Assembly (NCBI GenBank): GCA_965113315.1
Contig: OZ220370.1
Direction: 5' to 3' (one strand)
Length of the DNA stretch: 64,000 bases
DNA from: Podarcis vaucheri
Taxonomy: Eukaryota
Positions 36,446 through 48,337 of this stretch are shown here, one piece after another; the first letter of the stretch is position 1, and every line of letters begins with the position of its first letter. Below the pieces are notes generated by a model. It searched no databases. It was not told the origin of the DNA and saw only the letters and a list, made by a program, of their open reading frames with translations. The translations under genes were made by a program, and so were the position numbers.

Positions 36446-37029
36446 AGAATTTAAAGAAAGCAGCCTGGGTCACCCCTCTCTCTGATTGTAGGGAAGATCC
36501 GGGCTCTGTGCTGGAGTGCATTCCGCCAGCTGCAGACCAAATTCCCCAAGGAAGCCCAAGCAGGTGGTTTGAATTCCACTGACAGGTGTTGCTAGTTCCT
36601 GTGTTAAGGATAGCTGGCTTTCTACCTCTTGCTCAAATTCTGGAAGGAAGATTTCAAAGCTAAGCAAATTTGTGTCTGTCACTGTCAACATTATTATTCC
36701 CAACGTGGTGCTCATAATGGTTGTAATGACACTGTGGTGTTTTTGGTTTCTTTTTTTTAATGCTAGTTCAGCAGCTCACATTGTACTTGTGGGATAATTA
36801 GATTTGTTTTGGCTTCCTTGCACTCGCTTGCTCAATAGTTCAAAAGTTGGCACTGAAAAGTGAGTTTGAGTTCAAACACATATCAGTTGGAGTTCACTAT
36901 TCAAGCACATATGGAAGGCTTGCATCTGTGTGATATTTTTGAGGTTGCTATTAAAGAATGTTGTTAAAATAGCCCTGGCTAGAAATAGCTTTGCCTTTAA
37001 TTTTAACTTCATTAAAATGGGATTGAAGA

Positions 37030-37440
37030 AAGAGGGGCCATAAATTATAAAGCTGTACAATGCTTTATGGGAAGATGTACAGAATGCAGCTCGTTTTTTG
37101 TTTTCCATTTATATAATAAGGACATTTTCACGCCCTTGGCAGCAGCAACTAAATGCACCGCTGTAGCCCAAACGACATTTTATGGGATTATGTGTGGGAG
37201 CTGCTGGCTCACATCCCCTTGGTAATGTTGAGTTGAAAAAAATGCACAACGTGATGTCATTGCGTTAGTTTTCACCCGCCCATTCCCCTGCTCTGGTTCA
37301 TTGGCTGCCACACTTCTTTTATTCTACAAGTTACCAGGGAGATATGGCAGTTGTTTTGGCTGAAGTAAGTGTGGTCACGTAAAATTAGGGCAGAACTACG
37401 TTTTATGAGCAATGCCGGGATGCTGATGAAATGGCATCTC
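37030..37440 (+). promoter_or_regulatory. Candidate internal promoter/enhancer with possible short exon
   Basis: CpG-retaining and free of recognisable TEs. TGATGTCA (37252), GC box (37275), ATTGG (37300), X-box-like GTTACCAGGGAGAT (37330), donor GAA|GTAAGT (37365), and several TTTATG motifs. Confidence 0.4.
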
Positions 37441-37539
37441 TGTTTTGAGCTGCCTTCTTTCCCATGTAATGTTTGGAAATGCCAACCTATGTTGAGGCAC
37501 TGCCACACTGTGCCTTTTGCTATCCCTGCTCAGTATCAT

Positions 37540-38077
37540 TCCCCCTCTCCCCCCTTTTAGGGAAGACAGACTAAAGGATTCTGCCCAAGGCCTAAAACCG
37601 CCATAGTTGCGACAATTGCTACGGGGAAGGCAAAATTCCTTCCCGGTTCTTTAACAGCAACCATCATAAGACTGTAGCAATGCCCTCTGACCTGGAAGGA
37701 AAAAAAGGTTAACCTGTAATCAAAGCATTAAACAGAGAGAGGGTTGGGTGGGTGACGCTCCGAAGCCAACTGCATGCTCCCAGGTTGGCTCCACCCCTCT
37801 CTTTATACCCCTAAAGTGGACTGGAGTGAAGCCTGCTCACTCTCGGTCTGCTTGGTTGGCCCTGCCTCCCCCATCACCATGGGTTGGCTCATTTGAACTG
37901 GGGTATGTGGGAACCCCAATGGCTGTGATGCGGGAAGGCGGGCCAGCGTGACCATCCAGTGAGTCTCCAGCGGATTGGGGGTGCTGCGCGTGGCCCCGCA
38001 AAGGGCGCCCACCAACAGATAGGTGAGCGATCATTATTGGTGGAGTGGGGTGAAAGGCTCAGGATGATGATGTCACA
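37540..38077 (-). mobile_element. 3'-truncated solo LTR related to 49860-50536
   Basis: The reverse strand starts TGTGACA and has TATAAAG (37801-37807). Its segment ATGGTTGCTGTTAAAGAACCGGGAAGGAATTTTGCCTTCCCCGTAGCAATTGTCGCAACTATGGCG is homologous to 50000-50099. Confidence 0.7.
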
Positions 38078-38090
38078 AGTGGGGTAAGTG

Positions 38091-38533
38091 CATACCTTTT
38101 AAGTGTCCCGATTTGCCCAGGACATCCCTGGAATTACAGAAGTCATCTCAGCTTCTTTTTGACCCTGGAATGTCCCATTTCCCCTCTCTGCCACCGCTGC
38201 TACTGAGCTCAGAGAGGAAGATGAGCCAGTGTTTGCGCCTGCAGTGGAACCATCATGAAGTGGAACCCTTGTGTGGGGGGAGGCAGTTCCCCACTGAAGC
38301 GGAGGTGGAGAACGAGTGCAGCACTCTTGCCAGTCCCTCTCTGCCACTGCCAAAGCTGCTACCGCTGTCATGGTGGCATGAGGTGCAGTGTGGGCGAAGG
38401 AAGCAAGTGAGGAGGGAAGGGAGTGGGCAGCTGCCAGGCAGAGACTGTGGCGGAGGAGGCTTCCAGCTGATTTGCACAGCATCAAAAGACCGTCATCCTG
38501 ATTTTCAGCTGAAGAATGTTGGGGGGGGGTATG
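38091..38533. mobile_element. Non-autonomous DNA transposon with CATACC/GGTATG termini
   Basis: Terminal inverted ends, a flanking 6-bp duplication TAAGTG (38085-38090 and 38534-38539), and a GC-rich interior with CCCTCTCTGCCAC repeats. Confidence 0.6.
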
Positions 38534-39349
38534 TAAGTGTTATTACACATTATACAGAGGAGAGAGAGAGATCAGCCCAGGGGTTTATCATTTTCGATAG
38601 CATCCCCATGACAATTCATTATCAAAAACTTCTGCATTTTCTTTACCAAGCAGAGCACTCAGTACTGCTGCTTTGAATTACACTTCCCCTACAAACTAGA
38701 CCTGAAAGAAGTGGGATAGCACTATCATACATAGACTGAGCATTATATCATGCATATGATATCATACATATATTGAACAGCTGAGCAGTCTTAATAAATA
38801 CTGCTTTTATTAATATTGCTTGTGTAATATATTTCTGATCCAGTTTACTATTGAGAGCTGCAGCTTCACAGCCAAGTTGAAAATCTGTGGTAATATATGG
38901 TGATCTTACTCTTTAAAAATGCGAAAAGGATTTGTCACACTTTCCATCTCAAATAGGATTATATGAATTAAACCCTGTCCAGCATTTCCTCTTCCAGACT
39001 ATATGCATTGCGTAAGTAATTCAGAATTGCCTATATCTCATATTTTGTTTGTAAAAGTCTGAAAGAAATAAAGATATTATCTTAAACCTTCCCCTGATGG
39101 ACTATTTTCCAGTGTAAAGTTCTTTAGAGCTGCTGGAAATGTAAAATGTAAATGATGAGAAATTGTAATAAATCTCAGAAATACAATATCTCCATGGGAA
39201 TAATAAAAAAGCAGAGACATGATTACACCAAATATCAGTCAACGAGAGTTCAAGTAAATCTCATATATGTTTGCCATAATGTTCCTTTCTTTTCATGTGG
39301 TAGTCAGTATGGCTGAATGTGTGGTGGCATCTATGAATATCTGCGAGTC

Positions 39350-39440
39350 TGATGAAGCCCAGTGAATATCCTTGGGTCAATCATTATCTCTCAGCCTATG
39401 CTATATCACAGGGTTGTTGTGAGGAAAAATAGAGGGGGCA
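39350..39440 (+). mobile_element. CORE-SINE fragment
   Basis: CCTTGGGTCAATCATTATCTCTCAGCCTA...CACAGGGTTGTTGTGAGG. Confidence 0.6.
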
Positions 39441-40113
39441 GAAGCACGTTCAGGGAATGTGATGATCACTGTTCTTGTTCTCTTCTGATTATCGTGTAAA
39501 GTCTCATATTGTGGACAATGCACCCCATGAACTGAACTTCAGGGAAGAAATGAAATTCTCCCTTTCATACAAGACCTAGAAGCATGGGAGGAAAATGTTT
39601 GACTCCCTTTAGAAAAGACGACAATGCTATCTTGATGAAAACCACCAAGCTGCTGTAAAAGATTTAAATAATGATTTTAAAGCAGTACATACACTTACAC
39701 ATTCAGAGGCCACCTTTGCTTGTTTAAACATGCTTTTTGCTATTATTAGCATAATATACATAAACAAAACCTGAGAAACCACTGTGAATATCATTCAAAT
39801 TACTGCCAACTTTCCTTTTGCCAGAGAAAGTGATCTTGGAGAAAGGTGACTTTGAGAAGTGACCTGGGGGTACAGGGCAGTGAGGTAAAGTTTCACCCCA
39901 TGACTCCTGAAGGAGGGATGAGAACCTTCAGATGATGGACATCCATCATGGCTGACCACTGGCTGCGGCTGATGGGAGTTGTAGTTTAACAACAACTGAA
40001 GGGCCACTGGTTCCCCATCCCTGAACTAAAGGGTCTGCTGACAAGTTGTGTCACCATGGGTACATGGGACCAGATATCCCTGCTTCTTCTTAGTAAATAT
40101 GAAGAGCCAAACC

Positions 40114-40330
40114 TAATAATAATAATAATAATAATATAATAATACCCCGCTTTTCCCGCTGAAGGGATTCAAGGTAACTTACAGATAAAAACAAGAAATG
40201 CTGAAAACATAGAAAGAGCAATAATTAAAATGCAATTAACCATTGATAAAATAAGAACTGTATACATATATAAAGTATGTTTAAAACGTACCAATAATGA
40301 GAATAGAAACAGCACAGCAAGACATTTTTC
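40114..40330 (-). mobile_element. L2-type 3' end with (ATT)n tail
   Basis: The reverse complement reads TGTAAGTTACCTTGAATCCCTTCAGCGGGAAAAGCGGGGTATT followed by a microsatellite. Confidence 0.6.
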
Positions 40331-40702
40331 TGCTTTTAGAATGCGGAAGACCTACTTGGTCCTTTTTAGGAGTGCATAAATATATTCTTATGAATATATA
40401 CATTCACTGGATTCCTGAAGAGTTTCTCCTAAACATTTCCAACAAGTCAATGAATAGCCGTGTGAAGTTGAGTAGACTGGAAGTTTGCAGGTCTAGACCT
40501 GGGGTTCTATTTGGTCACCAGAAGGTTATCCCACAGACCTCACCAAGATTATCACATTAAAAAGATGCCTACTTAATATATGCTGAAACACAGTGTACCA
40601 GGTAACTAGATGTCTTTTAAGTCTTTGTAATGTGCATATATTGATCCAAGAGGAAACATGAATTTATTTTTAAAAAATATTGTTATATGGTTTCCCATTC
40701 TA

Positions 40703-40944
40703 CAGTGGTACCTCGGGTTAAGTACTTAATTCGTTCCGGAGGTCCGTTCTTAACCTGAAGTTGATCTTAACCTGAAGCACCACTTTAGCTAATGGGGCGT
40801 CCTGCTGCCGCTGCGCCCCCGGAGAACAATTTCTGTTCTCATCCTGAAGCAAATTTCTTAACCCGAGGTACCATTTCTGGGTTAGCGGAGTCCGTAACCT
40901 GAAGTTTCTGTAACCTGAAGCGTATGTAACCCAAGGTACCACTG
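40703..40944 (-). mobile_element. Tc1/mariner MITE, 242 bp, inverted relative to the 29822 copy
   Basis: TIR CAGTGGTACCT(C/T)GGGTTA with TA on both flanks. Confidence 0.93.
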
Positions 40945-41942
40945 TATTATTTCAGGTCTACATAAACACATTTTTATAAATAAATAACCTTCCTGAAATC
41001 ATTTTTTTCTCGTTACTGTTTCTCTTAAAATAGCCCCACTATTCAAGCATCCTGAAATCACAGACATAAAACTCCATTGAATTAATGTAACGCTGACAGA
41101 ACCTGACACACAGCCTGGAAATTCAAAGCTGTGGTTGGCATCCCCTTCTGAACTCAAGCCACTGTGCCTTTTATTTTCCACAGGAGCATTATTGCAGCTT
41201 TAAGTGTGGCTTTCCTGGTTATTATTATTTTCATTTTCATCTGCATGTGTTTTCTGCCTTTATGTTATTTAAAACTGGGCTTCTGTTCTGGACATCTACC
41301 ACAAAAGAGAATCCATTGAAGTCTGACTCAGTGTTTATATTGATAAAGCCGGTGTATAGATCAAGAAGCAAGACTAATATTGATCCAAACTAGGCCAAAT
41401 CTTTCTAGATGGAAGGAAATCAAGGTAATTTGTTGTGCCGACATATAACACCAGTCAAAACCTTGAACACTATGTTCTGAGAAGCACAAGAAAGACATTT
41501 CCCACATCATTATTTAGTATCCACTTCTACAAATGCAAACAATTTGGAAAGTTCAGCTAGGCATACCTTGGGTTCCATTCCAATATGCCCAGGTTATTGT
41601 TGTTGTTTTTTAGCTCTGAATTCTACATTGAATCTACCACTGAATCTCAGTAAACACAAGGCAAAATTAAGACCATCGTTCCCAATATGAATGCCATTAG
41701 CTTTCATCTCTGCTATACAAAATTACCATGCTTCTTAGCAGCTAACAGATGAAGTACCAATACAATTCCTGAGCAGGTTCACATAGATTATTTTCAAGGC
41801 CTCTTCTAGGTCAGAAAATCTGACAGTTCTGAAGTCTGATAGCCACAATTATTCCATAGTTATTCCTTTGAATACGCCTCGCTGTTTCAAATTGAGACTT
41901 TTCTAATGATTAATCAGGTCCTCCCTTAAAGAGGGCACATAT

Positions 41943-42499
41943 TGCAGTGAGACCTGGACAACCGACACCCTGTGTTGTGGGTGGGTACAATTGGTTAGCC
42001 ACAACACCCGATTGGTAGGTCCCTCGAAGCTGGGTACCATCTGGCCAATGGGACGCAGTCTAAACGGTTCGAGGGACCTATTTATGCCCATGCACGTGAC
42101 CCAGAGCTTCCTCTTTCGGCACGTGCATTCAGAACACCTGCCCACCTCTCCCTACCTTTAGGGCTTGTTGCACTTGACCTTGCTATGCCGTCGTGTCTCA
42201 CCTGTCATTGGGACAGGGGCAGGGCAGGAATTTTCCCTCCTTGGCTGATTGGCTGTTGCCATTTGGGCTTCACCCGCTCTCGCCATCCCTATGTGAAGGG
42301 TATTCCGTTAAAGGAATCTAGGGACTTGGTGGTTTGGTCAACCCCTGAGAGTTGAACCAGAGTTGAACCAGAGCCTATGCAACCAGTCACTTTCTGTAAT
42401 CAATAAAGTTGTGGCCTAAATTCTGCCAAAAACCAAACCAAAGTTTTGAATCAAGTGTGAATTTATTTAGGGGGGAAGGTTTCTGGGTCTGAACACGCA
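41943..42499 (+). mobile_element. Solo LTR (probably Gypsy-type), 557 bp
   Basis: TG...CA ends with ATAT/ATAA flanks, CCAAT boxes, TATA-like CTATTTAT at about 42078, CACGTG boxes, AATAAA at 42402-42407, and retained CpGs. Confidence 0.75.
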
Positions 42500-44030
42500 A
42501 TAATGGAAATACCTAAGTGCACAAGTGAGTATTTTACAACAGCTTTGTGTAATCATGGAAATCTGGCCACCATGAATTCAAGAATTAGTGAATGAGATGA
42601 ATACATTTGCTGGAAGGCAACTCACCCTCATATCATACAATCATGCCCATATCATACTTTGGAATTGTTCGAATATTTATAAATCAATATTTATAAATAG
42701 TTACCCAATGTTTAACAAACTTCCTGACCCTCATAAATATACATTTTAGCTTTCCTTTAACTTACCCTTCCATTTTGAGTGAAATTTCTCCTTTTGAGAT
42801 TAAATATGATTATGTTGAATTTAACTGAGCAATTCCCTACTCACAGATATTGAATTTCGTAAGGCTGAGGTCACAAACAGGATCCTGGACACTATTTAAA
42901 ACTAAGATCCTGCTATTTGTTTGTATGGTTACTCAGGGCATATTATTTACACCACCTTGGTACCTTGGTGGAGATGATAAAATCAGTGATACTTCCACTT
43001 CTAGAGGAACAGAGGAACTGAATCAACTGGTGAAGGCTGTTGGAACACGTTGTGTCTCTGAAGGCTATTTGCATCTTGAATTTTATATTTGTGCAAGTGT
43101 CTTTATATGTGACCTGTGTCTTTTACTTGATGACTTCCCATTTCCCATCCTTACCGTATCGGGTTGTATCTCACTGCTCAGCGGGAATTGTGTCAAGCTC
43201 AGAAATGCCTTAGGTTACGGGTTCTCTAGTCTCACTGATGACAATAAAATAAACTGTTGAGTTCGGAGCGCTGTGCATCCTGTCTGCTGAAGCCTTCTTC
43301 CTGTCTGTAGGAAGGCATTGTCTATCCCATGGGGAAAGTATTTCTTGCCAGACAATGCAAAGCAGCTTCTCACCTTCCCGTTAGAACGAAAGAAAGGAAA
43401 CCAGAGTGCTGCCAGCCAGAGATGAAGAGGAAAAACATGCCACATCATTTAGTGCTAATAATGACCAGAAATTCTTGATAGCTGCAAGGTATTCAGGGTA
43501 TTCTCAGTTTTAAAAGAAGAAGGCGAATACTATAGTCAGATGGCTGCAAGTTTTAACACCCCTTTCCACTAGTGCTAATGTGGGACTTTTGATAGAAATT
43601 AGAATTCATAATAAATGCTTCAGGAATGTAGAACACTTCCTGAGCAAAGAAATGAAGCTAGGTAGATGTAAAAATAATAGGATTGCTTTCAGAAACCCCC
43701 CCTTTTTGTATTTCTGTAGGATACAAAAAATGTCTCTATTGCATCAGACCAGCTTATTAGCCGTCTGCCATTGGGTCCATTTCCTATGTCTTAGAGAAGA
43801 AAATAAAGAAAAGAGCAGATAATATTAAGATTTCAGATACTGTAGTATGCTGCTAATGTGAACATATCCTAAGACCATCCATCATTATTCACCACCATTC
43901 AGTGGAAATGGGATAGAAACAATATTGAATGGGCTGATACCCAGGAAGAGCATTGGTGATTTTATAACGGTGGATGATATTGGTTGCAAAGGCCAAATAG
44001 ATCACAAGACCATCAGCCTAAATAAATGTA

Positions 44031-44199
44031 CCCTATTTTTCGCTCTATAACACGCACCCGACCATAACACGCACATAGTTTCTAGAGGAGGAAAATCCGT
44101 AGGCATGCCACCCGTAGGCATTCCCTCCATAACACGCACAGACATTTCCCCTTACTTTTTAGGAGGAAAAAAGTGAGTGTTATGGTGCAAAAAATATGG
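44031..44199. mobile_element. Tc2/pogo-like MITE
   Basis: About 23-bp imperfect TIR CC(C/A)TATTTTT.GC.C.ATAACAC, TA flanks, and three ATAACACGCAC subrepeats. Confidence 0.85.
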
Positions 44200-44940
44200 T
44201 ATTTTCTTCTTTGTCTTTTCTCTGGCTAATAACTCTACAGAATTGGGATATGGTTAGAAAGACTAAACTCTGCTAAGTGTTCTGATTGGTTATTCTTAGT
44301 GTCATACGGATGCCAATGAAGTCCGGTAAATCCACGGGCCTGTTTTCATTATTATGTAGAAATTCCATTTCATGACAGAAATAATTTATTCCAGACAGAG
44401 AATTTCAGGGTGATAATTATACTTCTTGGGTGGTTAAAGTAACTCCACCTTAGTTGAGTGAGTAGATTTGCCTGCTGGCAAAAATGGCAAACCTTTTTTT
44501 TGGTTTCAGCTGATTTTTTCTTTTAAGGAGAAAGGAAGGTAATTTTGGTAATATATTTCAATATTATTGGCCAGATAAGAATAAAGTGATATTAGACCCG
44601 AGTATAAAAAATACATTTTTACTGACAATGTCAGCCTGCCCTTTACTTATAGAAATATCAGTCTTCCCTTTACATAAAGGAGTTATACCTCCATAATGTC
44701 TGAACAATGGCTTGTGATGTAATCCAAAGTGGAAGACAGCACTTTGGATGAAAAATAAGCACTATAAATTATTGAGCTGCCATAAAAAAAAACCCAAAAC
44801 AGTTGGAGAAAATTTCCAAATCTCATTAATTTCCTTTGCAATAAGAGGCATCATTTTGTATTTGTATTTAGGAGAAACAGGGGGAAGTGTGAAAAATATA
44901 TGAATTTAGTTTTAGGACAGCATTTCTGATAAACTTTCTT

Positions 44941-45200
44941 AAGAATGCAAGAAGACCCGGCTGGATGAGGCCATCTGGTCCTGCATCCTGTTCTCACAGT
45001 GGCCAATCAGAAGCCTGAAGGAAACCCACAAGCAGGACCCAATCACAAGAGCACTCGGCCCTCCTGCAGCTCCCAGCAACTTGCATTTAGAAGCATGATT
45101 ACACCTGACCAGGCAGGCAGAGCATAGCCATCAAGGCTGGTACCTGTTGATGGCCTCCTCTTCCATGAGTTTCTCTAATTCTCTCTTAAAGTCATCTAAC
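44941..45200 (-). mobile_element. CR1 LINE 3' end
   Basis: The reverse complement has ...GGCCACTGTGAGAACAGGATGCAGGACCAGATGGCC...TCCAGCCGGGTCTTCTT, a typical CR1 3' terminus. Confidence 0.8.
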
Positions 45201-45623
45201 TTTTGCATTTAATGTTGCACAATATGCTGCCTTAACATGGACTCCACACAGCTGTGCACATGCATGTAATTAGGGTATAGATAATCTCTGTCATGCAAAA
45301 TGGTATCCATTCATCACCCCTTTTAAGTTGATAGGGGAACTCACGTGGATTTTAATGAAGGAATCAAGATTGCATCCAAGGCCTCACATATCCTGGCTAG
45401 CTTGGGGGCATATAAATTGCCCCTTCATCTGAGTTCTCTTCACGTGGTCCCAGTCCTGATGTAGCACAACTTCCCACCCCATCCAGTGCATGGATGTGCA
45501 CTGGGTAATGATATCTCTATACATGAGCAGGCTTTTATGTGCTCTGGAACCCCAGTTGTGCAGGTTTCCACCAGAAAGGCTCTATGCATAAGCTTTAGGT
45601 ATGCAGGTTTCCCTTATGCAGAG

Positions 45624-45734
45624 GAAAATAGAACAGTGGCTTGCATACAATGGTTGATTTAACTTTTGCCAACCCTCTGCACCCTCAAACTGATTGCAGC
45701 CCTCTATATCATATCCTATATTATTTCAGAGGGT
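45624..45734 (+). repeat. Left arm of a 111-bp inverted repeat
   Basis: Ungapped match to the reverse complement of 48227-48337 with 8 mismatches (manual count). Confidence 0.95.
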
Positions 45735-48226
45735 GCCTCTGTGTGGATGTCACAGAGGGGTCAGGAAACTGCAGAACACCAGGAGTGGGGCCAACAGCAC
45801 AAGCCTACTGATGGAGCCCCCTACACATGAATAAAATGTGAAAGGACTTCGGGCTGGATGGAAAAGTGGATTTCAGCACTTCAGAATACTTCTAATCAAG
45901 AGTTAATTTCCCTCCCTTGTCCTCAAACACTCTTTGTTTCTCCTTTTCAGTGTTTCCTTCTTCAAGCTTTTAAGTCCAATGTTGAGAGTGATTAATGAGG
46001 GCAAAGATTACTATGAATGTAAAGTTCAAGAGTAAGGATGCTTATTTCTTTAAGAAGGTTGTTTTTGAAGTGTTTTTCTATATATTCAGCCCCATGGTTG
46101 GACTGAAATACTACAGCACAGTCACTGGCCTATATGAATATTGTTTTGACAGGAAAGAATGCTTACAAACTGCAGAGCCAACTAATCAAAAGGTTCATGT
46201 TCTCAAAAGTAATTCCACATTTAGATAAACCATGCTCATAGTCCCGACTGCGGGGAGGGTGGTGGGGTGTGTACAATTTTGTAGCCAGATTTAGATAGCA
46301 ATGGGTGAGAAGCCCCAGAGGAATTTGCTTTGATTGCTGCTTTTAAATGTTTAGCAAAGTGACCAAGATGCTCTTCGTGTTCTGCATATTTTCCATCCTT
46401 TTTGTGATACGTATTTCCTTCAAAAGTCACACTCTTTGCAATGTGCTAATTAGATTCGCCTTTAAATGTGAACTGAAACAAATTTCTTCCCTGTGCCTAA
46501 CAAGAGAACACAAGTTCTAAGAATAATGTAATATAGCATACACTGAGGAAATATATTTGGGAACCTTAAAGTAGTGATGAGTGGGACCGGCAACAAAATG
46601 TGTGAAGTGTGAAGTGTGAAGTGCTCCTTGTTAGTGTTTCAGTCATCCAGTTATACCCTCAGCCATGATATGTTAATCTGTTCCCCTTTCCACTAAGTTT
46701 TGCTTTCTTTCTTCCTCATGGCCACTGTATGTGCACGGTCCTCATTGTGCTATTTGGGGGGTTTTCACCCATTAGGCTTCTTTTCCTAAAGATCTTTTCT
46801 ACTTTTGCAAACCTTGAGCTTCCTTGCCCCAAGCCCACTGAAACCTCTTTCTTGGAAACAGATACTGTCATTTTGGCTGCACAGTACTCACCTCTGAAAA
46901 TTGGAAATAGTGGGAATGATTTGATAAATGGTCCACCTCTGGTTCACCTTGCTCTGCTCCCATCAAGCTCAAAGGTGTGGTTTTTTTTAGCATTCTTGTT
47001 GGTTGAGGCTTAATTGGTTGAAATATGCTCCCACTTTCTGCCCCACCCCTTTGTCTTCCTTGAGCAAAATTGGCCTTACCTTGAGGAAGGGGTAGTAAAT
47101 GGTGGTGGTGGTGGGGGGGGGCAGAAATAGGATGGTGATAGAAGGTAGGGTATGAGTATCTTTTTGAGTTGGGCCTAGCTCAAAGTGGACTGAGACCAAG
47201 TCAGAATGAGGCTGGCTTATTTTGTGCCATGAGGAGATCGGTTTCCAAGCTTCTCCTAACCAAGGGCTCACACCATCACTGTGATTAGTAACAGAGTCTT
47301 AAGCTACATTTTGTTGCGTTAAGTTGCCCCTGCCCAAATAGTTGCCTTGTAATTCTGCAGCAATTCTTCTAGAAACGAATATAAAGTGATTCTTCACTTT
47401 CTTTTCTAGCAACTCAGTTCCCCACAGCGGATGCATTTACTTTGTGAAAATAATTGTTTAGACATAATGGTGTTGTTCTGTTTTCTTTCACTGGAAAACA
47501 GTTGTAATTGAAAATAAATTGTTATTCATCATTTCTGTATCCCCTCACATAATATATTGTTTCCTCTATTCTTTTCCAAACAGGCTAATTTAAATCAGGT
47601 TCCCTTCCCCATTTCAGTGCTTATTCAAATCACTGTCAGTGATTAGCTAAGGAAAGATTGTTTGGATGCTTCCAAATATAACTCTTTCTTCTTCTTCTTC
47701 TTCTTTTTTTAAAAAAAGTTAGAATTCTTGTTCTTTTAATGGGTTGATTGCCAGAATTCTTCAAAATTATAGCAGTTGCTTCCTGTTTTCAAAGGCTATC
47801 CCAAACCAGACGTGGAGACAGGCTAGCAAAACAAGATGCCTATATTAGGCTAAGCAATAATAGTTTTGTCCGACTGCAGGTGTCACAATGATTAGACACC
47901 CACCCACAGACAGCAAAGCAGGAGGCAGTTTCATTCAACCCTAAAGGGAGCTTATTGACCAGAGTTCATGCATCTGAGCTCATAAGGTCAGATTATACAA
48001 AAGAAGCCAAAGCAGCACAAGGAAGACTGATAAACACCTTCCTTGCTTGATATTGTTCACTGTAACCATAAGAAAAGCAAAATACAAGTTGTTTTTTGTT
48101 TTGTTTTAATGAGAGCTTTAATTTAAAAGTGATTGGTTTGTACTAGGTCAGTGCACATGTGCTTTTACAAAATAGGCACCCAATTTTTGCTCCCCTCCCT
48201 TGCAAGCTGCCCATAAGAGCCGAGGG

Positions 48227-48337
48227 ACCCTCTGAAATAATATAGAATATGATATAGAGGGTTGCAATGGGTTAGAGAGTGCAGAGGGTTGGTAAAAGTT
48301 AGATCAACCATTGTATGCAAGCCACTGTTCTATTTTC
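48227..48337 (-). repeat. Right arm of a 111-bp inverted repeat
   Basis: See 45624-45734. Confidence 0.95.

Noticed and set aside
38113-38676. 187-aa ORF
   Set aside because: It lies largely within a GC-rich non-autonomous DNA element and has no transposase motifs.
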